A stretch of 44,813 nt of DNA from Octopus bimaculoides (Eukaryota): positions 43,340,520 to 43,385,332 of the forward strand of contig NC_068992.1 of the NCBI RefSeq assembly GCF_001194135.2, in the 5' to 3' direction. Every line of letters begins with the position of its first letter. The stretch's first letter is position 1. Of this stretch, positions 23,693 to 34,400 are shown piece after piece. Below the pieces are notes generated by a model. That model was not told where the DNA came from and searched no databases. It was given only the letters and a program-made list of their open reading frames with translations. The position numbers and the translations under genes are program-made.

Positions 23693-24253
23693 CATTGAGT
23701 GAGAGAGCAATGTATGCCATTAAAGTGACACTGGAGTACAAATATACGAAGCTCAATATACCTAACATGACTACAGATTTGATGAGGGTACACAAGGCAC
23801 ATGCATTACAACCATATGTGCACAACATGGTGATCTCATATCAAGATTAACAGCGAATGAACTTGCAGGTGGGGCCTAGTTAGAATTTTCTTTAGGTTGA
23901 GTAGCCCATCCTGCTCAAAAGGTTCCTGGATAAGGAAGGGTTGTTTGACGGATGATAAACAAAATACTCGTGTTCCCAGGGGTGAATTATTGAGACCCCA
24001 AAGAATCCCTCTCGACAAATGGCTATGATATTCCCCCACTACTTCTGCTCGTGATCAGAGATGCACCAAGGGACATGCTCAACTGGCTAAGGTCAAACAA
24101 CTAAACAACTGACAACCAATTTGTGGTATTGAAAAAAATATTTGCTGTAGTCCATCTTTTATACCAAGACAAAGCAATGTACATGATAACACTTCCAATC
24201 AGTTAAGATTACAAGCCATGAGAGCCACTGCCTGGTACTGCATCAGGTCATTT
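23693..24253 (-). mobile_element. ~550-bp TAA-flanked non-autonomous element, copy 3
   Basis: Homologous to copies 1 and 2, with a short internal deletion near 24065. Confidence 0.8.
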
Positions 24254-24256
24254 ATA

Positions 24257-24257
<1 letters not shown>

Positions 24258-24306
<49 letters not shown>
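24258..24306. repeat. (ATT)n microsatellite, distal end of the array
   Basis: Directly visible. Confidence 0.98.
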
Positions 24307-24308
<2 letters not shown>

Positions 24309-24580
24309 GTATTATCGTTGTTGTTGTTGTGTCGTTATCATCATCCTCATCATCTTTATAATTACTGAACGACATCACCATGTTCCAATGCAAAGGCGTC
24401 TTCAATATGAAACCATATTCACAGTAGAATAGAAATTTTTCCTCCAGCTTTACCCGGGGCACATTACGTAGAGCAAAATATTGTCCCCCCGCAAATATTC
24501 CAGCATCAAATCGATTCCTGGAGAAGCCATTTTACCAATTTAGATCTAATTGCAATATTGCAATTCAGATGGAGCCATAA

Positions 24581-24594
24581 CAACAACAACAACA

Positions 24595-24641
<47 letters not shown>

Positions 24642-24642
24642 A
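24581..24642. repeat. (AAC)n(TAC)n compound microsatellite
   Basis: Directly visible. Confidence 0.95.
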
Positions 24643-24944
24643 GCAACATTTTCTTGACATTATTGGATTAAAAGAATCGTTAGAGTTTCAGAGAAATGCT
24701 TTGCGGTCTTTGTCTCCAGTTCTTTACTTTCTCAATTCAAATCATAAACAAGCCATCCCGAGATATCAAGAGATTGTGGAGGCAACACGCACACATACAC
24801 ATATATACATATGTGTGTGTGTGTGTGAGAGAGAGACAGACAGACAGACAGACAGAGACAGAGAGAGACAGAGAGAGACAGAGAGACAGAGAGAGAGACG
24901 GGTTTCTTTCAGTCTCCGTCAACTAAATTGACTTAAAATTCTTT

Positions 24945-25060
24945 TGTCAACCCAGGGTTGTAGTAGAATACAATTGCCAAGTTACCACACAGTAGGACTG
25001 AAACTGGAGACATTTGGTTGAAAAGCAAACTTATTACCGTAGAGCAACGTTCGTGCCTGT
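24945..25060 (-). mobile_element. Degenerate SINE S2 head
   Basis: Reverse complement ..GGTAATAAGTTTGCTTTTCAACCAAATGTCTCCAGTTTCAGTCCTACTGTGTGGTAACTTGGCAATTG.. matches the S2 head. Confidence 0.6.
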
Positions 25061-25433
25061 AAGGATTGGTAACATAAAGTACAAGTCTTTGTAACATAAA
25101 GTACAGATTTTGCACAAAAATCGATTGCGACGACTTCATATCACCTCAAAATTGCTGGCGTAGTGACAATGTAAAGATTTATTAGGATGGTGTAAGAGCA
25201 TATCTTTGGAGAGTGATACAAAACAGCCTTGCTATATCTGGCCCGGTTCTTTGCTTTTCAATTTCGAACCCCAACAACTATGTCTTACATTCCTCTGGGA
25301 GTTGGTAAGATTAAGTAAAAAATCAAATGTTAAGTTCTATGATATCGACTGACTCCATTCCCTTAAGATTGCTGGCCTCGTTTCGAAAGCAGACACTGTA
25401 GTTATTAATACCATTAGTATTGATTGCTGTTAA

Positions 25434-25540
25434 GGCGGCGAGCTGGCAAAATCCTTTGTGCACCGCACAAAATGTTAACCAGCATTTCTTCCGGTCCTGA
25501 CTTTTCACTTTCACGGTCTCGAAAAAAGTACCAGTTAAAC
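25434..25540 (+). mobile_element. SINE S1 fragment, internally deleted
   Basis: GGCGGCGAGCTGGCAAAATC...CACAAAATGTTAACCAGCATTTC...AAAGTACCAGTT. Confidence 0.55.
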
Positions 25541-25597
25541 TTGTGCTGAAATTAGATCGCTTATCATTGTTGTTAAAGTACCGAGCCGGCAGAATGT

Positions 25598-26509
25598 GAG
25601 GCTATCATGTTCACTGCAGATGAAATGACCTTGGCCTTCTTTGGAGTAGATAAGGAGGGAAGTTTGAACAGCACGGATTGTCTCTTTGTCTATGGCTCAA
25701 AGTGATGAAGCCAATACACATCCTGGGTTCGGAATCATTCAAGGAGACCAGCCGGATCTGACTGAAACAATGCCAGATTTTCTCGTGATGTGATCAATCT
25801 GGAGCGCATTTGATCTGGTGTCAGAAGACAAGGGCACCCATGCCTTGCCAAATTCATTGTGCAGAATATTTTAAATTCTATCACAGGATATTCTAATAGT
25901 ATTGGCTATTTGATTCATAGTCAATCGCTTCTAGTCTGTTACTATGTGGTGAAACAGGGTCAATGTTTTCCTCTGTGGTGGCAGTTGCAGAGCGTCCAGA
26001 CCATGGGTCATCTTCAAGACTCACCCATACCCTCCTAAAGTCAGCTGCCTACTTTTGCACTGTCGATAAAGCTGAAACGTCAACCCCCTGATGTAGCAAC
26101 AATGTCAGTATGAACGGTCTTGGGGGTTAAACCCTTTTTCTGCAGGTATTTGATAACAGCACGATGCCAATTTCTTTTCCATTTTCAAGACAGGCAGTTA
26201 CTAGTTATTTCGAAATCCTCTTTGAACAGTCAGATTACCTTGGGAAAAACAAACGTGGTTATTTATTAGGTTGTACAAAAAATAATGGCCGATTTTAAAA
26301 ATAAGCCTATATTCTTGAAAAACTGAACTTATACAATACAAAGGCTTAATCATTCAAAACATGATCTCTGAACAGCTATGCATTTCTCCCATCGATTAAC
26401 AAGGTCATCTATGCCTCTTCGATAAGAGCTGAAATTAATCTGTGCAAGATTTCACAGCTCTAGCGTCACTCCTTCATAGTCAGCCTATAATCTTTTCAGC
26501 CCACTCTCG
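25598..26509 (-). mobile_element. Mariner-type DNA transposon, 5' half only, degenerate
   Basis: Terminus TA|CGAGAGTGGGCTGAAAAG at 26509; ATG at 26182. Decayed frames: WHRAVIKYLQKKGLTPK, SLEDDPWSGRSATATTEEN, AWVP, LLTPDQ, TQDVYWLHHFEP, TPKKAKVISSA. No third-Asp region or second TIR. Confidence 0.85.
26266..26422 (-). mobile_element. 3' end plus one TIR of a second (Hsmar1-like) mariner, nested in the 5' UTR of the element above
   Basis: TTAGGTTGTACAAAAAATAATGGCCGATTTT at 26266 resembles the Hsmar1 TIR; minus frame RGIDDLVNRWEKCIAVQRSCFE* is a mariner C-terminus; TA at both junctions. Confidence 0.7.
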
Positions 26510-26721
26510 TATACAATGTAAGTGGATATGTGAATATATGTGTGTGTGCATGTGTGTGTATTTGTGAGCATGTGGGTGAATATATATCTGCAGTCCTACG
26601 ACTCATGAAGCCGGTTTACTTGATTTCCGTGCCGAGTAGCCGGCCCAGATCACAACACTCCCTGAACGGAACACTTGCAATTTTAACAGGTGATAAGTGT
26701 ATCACATCGACACCTCCATCA

Positions 26722-26785
26722 TTACCACTACCACCACCACCACCACCATCACCACCACCACCATCACCACCACCACCACCACCCC
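26722..26785. repeat. (CAC)n/(CAT) trinucleotide repeat
   Basis: Directly visible. Confidence 0.95.
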
Positions 26786-27080
26786 CGAAACTTAATTTCA
26801 TTGAATCTTAAGGCATTAAGGAGAGGAAAAAATTGACTATGATGGAAATGAACCCAGAGCATAAAGNNNNNNNNNNNNNNNNNNNNNNNNNNNNNNNNNN
26901 NNNNNNNNNNNNNNNNNNNNNNNNNNNNNNNNNNNNNNNNNNNNNNNNNNNNNNNNNNNNNNNNNNNNNNNNNNNNNNNNNNNNNNNNNNNNNNNNNNNN
27001 NNNNNNNNNNNNNNNNNNNNNNNNNNNNNNNNNNNNNNNNNNNNNNNNNNNNNNNNNNNNNNNNNNNNNNNNNNNNNNNN

Positions 27081-27118
<38 letters not shown>

Positions 27119-27624
27119 GTGGAGTATATATTGTATTGTATAATTGGTTATATGGAGAAGGGAAAGGTTTTGTTTTGCCTCCTTGCACCTCTAGAAAGTC
27201 ACGTAAGAAACATGTAAGATATTACACACAAACCGACTACAATAATAACCTCAAGAAAAAAAGTTTCCAAAATGTTATCGTCTACTTTTGGTACGTATAT
27301 TTTTGTTGTTATTCGTCTGTTTCCATTACATACACATATATGTATATATATATACATTTTCGTATATGTGTATATGTGTGTGTATGTGCGTATGTGTGCG
27401 CACACGTGTGTACATGTATGCTTTTCTCCGCTTTTTAAACTATTGGGCTGCTGATGTTATGTAAATACATATTGGCAGCAATATCTGACGCGCGAAGCTC
27501 AAGATAATATGTCCAGCTTTTTATAATAGAGACAAAGGGCGGTGTCGAGTGTAGAGGGGTTCCCCTTCCCCAAAAATGCCGATTATTACGATACAGATAC
27601 GTACAAACATGCCTACATTCATAC

Positions 27625-27698
<74 letters not shown>

Positions 27699-29245
27699 NN
27701 NNNNNNNNNNNNNNNNNNNNNNNNNNNNNNNNNNNNNNNNNNNNNNNNNNNNNNNNNNNNNNNNNNNNNNNNNNNNNNNNNNNNNNNNNNNNNNNNNNNN
27801 NNNNNNNNNNNNNNNNNNNNNNNNNNNNNNNNNNNNNNNNNNNNNNNNNNNNNNNNNNNNNNNNNNNNNNNNNNNNNNNNNNNNNNNNNNNNNNNNNNNN
27901 NNNNNNNNNNNNNNNNNNNNNNNNNNNNNNNNNNNNNNNNNNNNNNNNNNNNNNNNNNNNNNNNNNNNNNNNNNNNNNNNNNNNNNNNNNNNNNNNNNNN
28001 NNNNNNNNNNNNGCTATCATTTCCTTCATTGACAATGAAAATTGTTCGCTGTGAAATAGTAATTATATTTTCTGCAGATAAAGAAAGTTTCCAGACTAGA
28101 CTCCTACTGATGAACAACATAATCTTAGCGCTGGTGTTATTTTTATTTTTATTGTTCATTTTTTCTTGTTGTTTATTTTATTGTTTTGATGTAGCAGAGT
28201 TCGGGGGAGAGGGGCAGAGGTTAGATAGTTATTTTTCTTTTTCTTTTCTACAGTTTTATTTACTGTGTTCTTTTTTTTGGGGGGGGGGGCTGGCGTGTAC
28301 TTAACACAAGGCGAAGTTTTATAGGCAAAAAGTAAAGTATTGATTAAATCGACCCGTCTCTTTTTTTTATTCCGTTCTTACATGTTTGTATATTCCGTTA
28401 CTGGATATAGATTTTGGGAATAAATATTTACATGAGACTATTCCTACTAGGTAGGAAATACAATCAATTCGATTCTATATTTCAACACCAATACAATCAC
28501 AAGAAACTCCCAAATATTTCACTGGTACTTGATTATATATGTTAACAAAGACAAACAACCACCCACAATGGGATTCTAATTCGAGAAAGAAATACACTTT
28601 CCGGTTTAGCCTCAAGGCCAGCGCTATCGGAGGAACATGGTTAATCGATAGTATCAATCCCAGTAATAGACACTACTATATATATATATATATATATTTC
28701 CCTTTTTTCATTTTATTTTTAATACATTTATGTCAGGTAAGATGACCTACATTGGTTACTCACTTATGAATATGTGGCAAATCAAAGGTCCGAGTTCAAA
28801 GGGGAGAAAGAAGTGGCAAATAAATACTTGGCGAAATAAACATCAGACATGATTCGCCTCGTAGGGAAACTGCAGGAGCTGCTCAGAAGTTTTGCAATCA
28901 CTTCTTCAAAAATCTATCACTATGTTAGAAACCTTTCGGCATCATCAGACGGTATCTCAGAGTCACAAGCATTTCGCCCCTTAGCCTGTGTTGGGCAGGA
29001 AGGACTGAACAAATCTCCACCTGCGGAAAGGCCTTACTTCCTTTCATTCCAATATTGTTACCCTCGTTTACGTGCAGTATAGCCAAATAGTTCAAGGTTT
29101 GATTCCGCTTCATAGCAAATTCAGCATTTCATATCTTCTACAGTCATAAGCCGACTTATATCCTAGGAGTGAAATTTGTAAACGGAAACTGTATAGAAGC
29201 CCGTCAGGTATTTTGCACCTGTAATTCAGCAGGTGGATCATTGTC

Positions 29246-29281
<36 letters not shown>

Positions 29282-29831
29282 TATCACTTTGCTTTTGCCT
29301 AAGAATAACATTAAAGGTGTATACATGCGTGTGGAATACTCAACAACTTGGACGTTAATTCAAGGGTGTGTAATTCAGCTGTACAAATATCTGAATCCTC
29401 ATCGCTAAGCGACGGAGATCCGCCATCAAGACCAGTTTTACGGGTTTCAATCTCTATATTAGAACCATGCTGGAGCAGTGCTTTCAGCGAGTGGAGATTA
29501 GTTGATTATATCGCTCACTAATCTTTCCAACTTGCTACTTAACTTTATTGATCTTTATTTAATGGATTACTTCTCCTTCAGTGTAAAGAGACATAACTCG
29601 CCCGAAATAAAATAGAGGTTTCGATTCACCGATTTATTGGCATCCGCATGCCGATATAGACACACACACACATACATATATACATAAATGAATGCACATA
29701 TATATATATAGATAGTAGACAGGCAGACAGGCAGACAGGCAGACAGACAGACAGACAGACAGACTGATAGATAGATAGATAGATAGATGGATAGATAGAT
29801 AGATAGATAGATAAGTGTGCATGCGCATATA

Positions 29832-31055
29832 TCAGGTTGGTGCAAAATTAATGTCCGATTTAAAGATCTAAGGTAAAAATGAATAAGCCAATAACTATGG
29901 AAATATGTATTCCTTAACATACTCTCCATTGCTTTCAACGACCTCATTCCATCTTTCAACAACCTTATAAATGCCTCGCTTGGAAAATTTTGTAGGTTTA
30001 GAACGAAAATATGAATCCAACTCATTTTCAGTCTCTTCTCTTGTTGTAAACTTTCTCTAGTCCTCGGAACAAATGGTAACCAGAAGGAGCAAGGTCAAGA
30101 GAATATGGAGAATGAGGCAGTATTTTCCAACCAAGTTCTTCCAAGAGGGTTTCGGTCAGTCGAGCTGTGTGAGGACGGGCATTATCGTGATGGAAGATGA
30201 CACTTTTTCTGTTAACCAAGGATGCTCGCTTTTGGTTCAGAACTGTTTTCAAACGACGAAGTTGCTCATAGTGCAGATTAGCATTAATTGTTTAGTTGCT
30301 GTCCAATAAATCATAATAGATTACTCCTTTAACATCCTACCATACACTCAACATGATCTTTTTTAGATGAAGTCCTCCTCGACTGATCCATGAACGGCAG
30401 CGTTTAACATTATGGTAAAGAATCCACTTCTCATTACCTGTAGTAAGCCTATCTAAACATGTTGCTTGAAAGTGTCACGAAAGCAATCATTGGCAACAAG
30501 TAACACCCTGCTGTCGATTCTGTGGAGACAGCTCGTGAGGGACCCATTTTCCAGCCCCTGAAACCTCTCAAATGTGTTTTAGCTAGCGTGCCACGGTTGT
30601 GTGTCCCACGTTTAACTATTTTGCAAGTTCCCTTGTGGTAATGGTAGAGTTGTCTGAGACATGAGCTTCAAACATTTCGGAATCAAGTTTTTTTGGACGA
30701 CCCTCTTTCGGCTCTTCTTTCAAAGTGAAATCATCACTTCGGAAATGAGAAAACCACCTCCTGCCACTTCTTTCATTCACTACATCATCCCCATAAATTC
30801 TCTGAATAGATCTTGCTGCCGCACTTGCAATAACACCTTTATGAATCTCGTAGAGTAAAAACATTTCCTATGTGATCTTTAGATGGGACAAACATGGTGG
30901 TAAAATTTTCTGAGAATTATCGCCTGAAGTTAGAAAATCTGAAAGAAAATAGTACAAATTAGACACAGAAATATCTTAAAACTCTAAGAAGAGGTTTAAA
31001 ATTCGCTCTGAAACATTTTTTGTAGAAATCAGACATTACTTTTGCCCCAACCTGA
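29832..31055 (-). mobile_element. Full-length (1224 bp) dead mariner, Hsmar1/cecropia-like
   Basis: TIRs TCAGGTTGGTGCAAAATTAATGTCCGATTT (29832) and reverse complement TCAGGTTGGGGCAAAAGTAATGTCTGATTT (31055); TA target duplications at 29830-31 and 31056-57. Transposase remnant ~30895-29895 with WVPHEL, TGNEKW, HHDNARPH and YSLDLAPSGYHLF. Confidence 0.95.
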
Positions 31056-31457
31056 TATATATATGTGGGTATGTTTGCATGTATGTTTGTATGTATTATA
31101 TATTATCTAAATACATATAAAAACACATATCTATATATATAGACTAAAGATATGCAAATATGTGTGAATATACCTGCCTGTATGACTACGTTCGTACATA
31201 GAAGTAGTCACGTGCGTATATTGCCATTTGTGAAATGAGTTGAAGGAGCATGCGCCAAAATTGGTTTATGAAAAGAGGATCTACCCCAGCGCCAAACAAG
31301 GATTTTTACATTTACTTTTATGGCATAATTTTTCTGGGGCATTTAAATCTGTAGACATGTTATTGTGGTACTATGAACTTACGCCTAAGATTACTGAGAT
31401 TCAATCAGTCATTTTGTGTTGCTATCTGTACGTAATTATCTTAAACGATAAACGTGA

Positions 31458-32075
31458 GCGTAGGGGAGGTTGTGTAGTAAGAAGCTTGCCGGGCGAAATG
31501 CTTAGCGGTATTTCGTCTGCCGTTACGTTCTGAGTTCAAATTCCGCCGAGGTCGACTTTGCCTTTCATCCTTTCGGGGTCGATAAATTAAGTACCAGTTA
31601 CGCACTGGGGTCGATGTAATCGACTTTATCCCTTTGTCTGTCCTTGTTTGTCCCCTCTATGTTTAGCCCCTTGTGGGCAATAAAGAAATAAGAAGCTTGC
31701 TTCCCAACCACTTGGTTTGGGGTTCACTCCCACGTGGTAGTTGTGGCAAGTGTCTTCTGTTATAGCCACGAGCTGATCAAAGCCTTGTGAGTGAATATGG
31801 TAGAGTTAAACTTAAAGAAGCCCGTCGTATATAGTATATATATGTATGTATGTGTGTATGAGTGTTTGTGTGTGTGTGTCCGTCCAACGTCGCTTGACAA
31901 CCGATGCTGGTGTGTTTATATCCCCGTAACCTAGTGGTTCGGTAAAAGAGACCGACAGAATAAGTACTAGGCTTACAAAGAATAAGTCCTGTGGTCGACT
32001 TGCTCGACTAAAGGCGGTGCTCCAGCATGGCCGTAATCAAAATGACTGAAATAAGTAAAAAGAATGAAAAGAAGA
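31458..32075 (+). mobile_element. SINE S2, near full length, interrupted in its head by an S1-B insertion
   Basis: The head TGTGTAGTAAGAAGCTTGC resumes at 31695 as GCTTGCTTCCCAACCAC..., and ends GGCGGTGCTCCAGCATGGCCGTAATCAAAATGACTGAAATAAGTAAAA. Confidence 0.9.
31490..31694 (+). mobile_element. SINE S1-B, 5'-truncated, inserted in the S2 head
   Basis: CGGGCGAAATGCTTAGCGG...GTTTAGCCCCTTGTGGGCAATAAAGAAATAAGAA, flanked by the direct repeat TAAGAAGCTTGC (31478-31489 and 31689-31700). Confidence 0.95.
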
Positions 32076-32879
32076 AAAAAAGAGAGTACGTGTGTACATA
32101 TATATAGCTATATATACATATACATGTATTTGTGTGTGTATTTAATAAATAGATAAATAATAAAATATGTTATTATTTAAATAATAAACTATGTTTAAAT
32201 TAACACTCCATGAATGATAAAATTACAATAAACAGAGGAAGTAACCTTAAAATGAAATGTACAGTCACTATTTGAAAATAGTCTAACACCACCCATGTGA
32301 TACATAGTGAATTACACCCCCATTAATATAAAAATTAATTTAACTAAAAATATATATTAAAACCTAAACTATCAACATTTAAAACTAATACATCTAAATA
32401 AATTAAAATTGTAGTAAAAACTGAAACTCTCACAACTAAAGGAGTCGGGGTTAAATAAATATATTGATTTGGATTCTTACTTTTATTTTATTTTTATTCT
32501 TTTCACGAGTAGAGACAGGAGTGATAGCCAGACTTTATAAACCCGATCTAAGGAGAATGTTAGTATGACCTAGTTCCTCATAGCTACAGCTAGCTATTGT
32601 CCACTGTGGTCGTAAATTAACTGCAAGCTATTTTTTGAAAGGAATCCAAATGGCACACATGCTGACAAACACAGACACAGAGGCACATGCTGAAACCTCA
32701 GTTTATAAGCAACTCTTCATTCATTAGGATCTGAACGAATATTTGTCACTTTTGCCCTGAAGAGATTTTTTCCTTTTAAATACATAATGTAATCTTACTT
32801 GCACAACATGAATAAAGGTAAGAAATTAAAACGTACGTAGGCGATATGAAACTAACTATTTTATTTTTTATATATTGTA

Positions 32880-33045
32880 TGTTTTTGTGTCTGTACCTGT
32901 GCTCCCACCACCACTTGACATTCGGTGTTGGTGTGTTTTCGTCCCCGTAAGCTAGCGGTTCGGAAAAATAGACCGATAAATAATGCCATTCGTTCGACTA
33001 AAACGTTTTGAGGCCGTGCCTACAGCTAACTAACGGAAACAAGAT
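32880..33045 (+). mobile_element. SINE S2 3' portion
   Basis: GGTGTGTTTTCGTCCCCGTAAGCTAGCGGTTCGGAAAAATAGACCGATA...TTCGACTAAA. Confidence 0.6.
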
Positions 33046-34006
33046 TCAAACTTCAGCGTTGTTCTTCAATTTCTAAAGGATAAACAGTACCATATGCAAA
33101 ACAGTAGACATAGATGTCGCTACAGTTTATTTCCTTCCAAAGAGAAACATGTTTCGGTGCTATTTTTGGCACTTCTTTTCTTTGTTTCTTATGTAAGAGA
33201 TGGTAATTTAAATAAACATCAGAAATGTCTGTTGTAACATTAATCTAAAACAAAAGTGAAAATATAAACAAGACGTAGTCTCGAGCAATGGATGATGACT
33301 TCCGGGCACACAGTTTTATTTTTTGTTTATTGCTTCTTTTGTTTTTTTGTTTTTCTTTTTGCAAGTCAAATTATATAAACATTTAAAGTTCTATCTTAAA
33401 CGAAGCTAATCAATAGTATTTCACACAGAAAGTCATGAACACGACGTAAACAGACGGCTAATTTTACCAGATGTTTCTTTAAGAAAAAGTAACAATATAC
33501 ATTAAGAATCCCTTTGATTAAGATGAATTTTTTTGTGTCTCTCAAAATCATCGTGAGTAAACTAAAGCGTAAATTCCATTACCTAAACTGATTTACGTAA
33601 TTTTAGTTCCTGGGGGGTTATTTGCTTAATGCTAACCTGAATTGTATATGCCATCATCAGTTCTCCTGTCTCTAATTCAATGACGTAACAGCCGCTCATT
33701 TTAATTTCAAGGTCGTTTAGCAGACGACATGTTGAGCAATTACTGCTGCAAACCATTTTGAAAAAGAATTAACTGGACGCAACTTAAAGCATTTTGGTGT
33801 TAACCACTTCTTTATATATAAATATGCCGTTAAATATGTTGAACTATTTGCAATTTGGATAATGACAATGGTGCTATTGTGAACTGTCTCTAAAAATTAT
33901 TCCGAGATTGATAAAATCATATCAATGAAATATTTGAATCGCTGGTTAATTAACTAAATTCAGAAAAAAAGTGTAACCTTTTGATTAATGATAAATAGTC
34001 TCAATG

Positions 34007-34197
34007 GGCGCAGAAGTGGCTGTGTGGTAAGTAGTTTGCTTACCAACCACATGGATCCGGGTTCAGTCGCACTGCGTGGCACATTGGGCAAGCGTCTTCT
34101 ATTATAGCCTCGAATCGTCCAAAGCCTTGTGAGTGGATTTGGTAGACGGAAACTGAAAGAAGCTCGTCGTATATATCTATATGTGTGTGTGTGCGTG

Positions 34198-34228
<31 letters not shown>

Positions 34229-34400
34229 TTGTGTTTGTCCCCGACTATCGCTTGGTGTGTTTACGGTTCGGCAAAAGAGACCGATAGGATAAGTACTGGG
34301 CTTGCAAAGAATAAGTCATGGGGTCCAGTTCGACTGAAGGCGGTGTTCCAAAATGGCCGCAGTCAAGTGACTGAAACAAGTAAAAGAGTAAAAGAGTAAA
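34007..34400 (+). mobile_element. SINE S2, full length, with internal (GT)n and (GTAAAAGA)n tail
   Basis: A box TGGCTGTGTGG, B box GGTTCAGTC, CORE-like TTGGGCAAG segment, and tail GACTGAAACAAGTAAAAGAGTAAAAGAGT. Confidence 0.95.

Noticed and set aside
19460-24306. Regularly interspaced repeat-and-unique pattern suggestive of a CRISPR-like array
   Set aside because: The repeats are variable-length TAA microsatellites and the spacers are retroelements; eukaryotic context and no cas genes.
28930-28985. CTGATGATGCCGAAAGG on the minus strand
   Set aside because: No second GAAA and no stem III or stem I can be formed.
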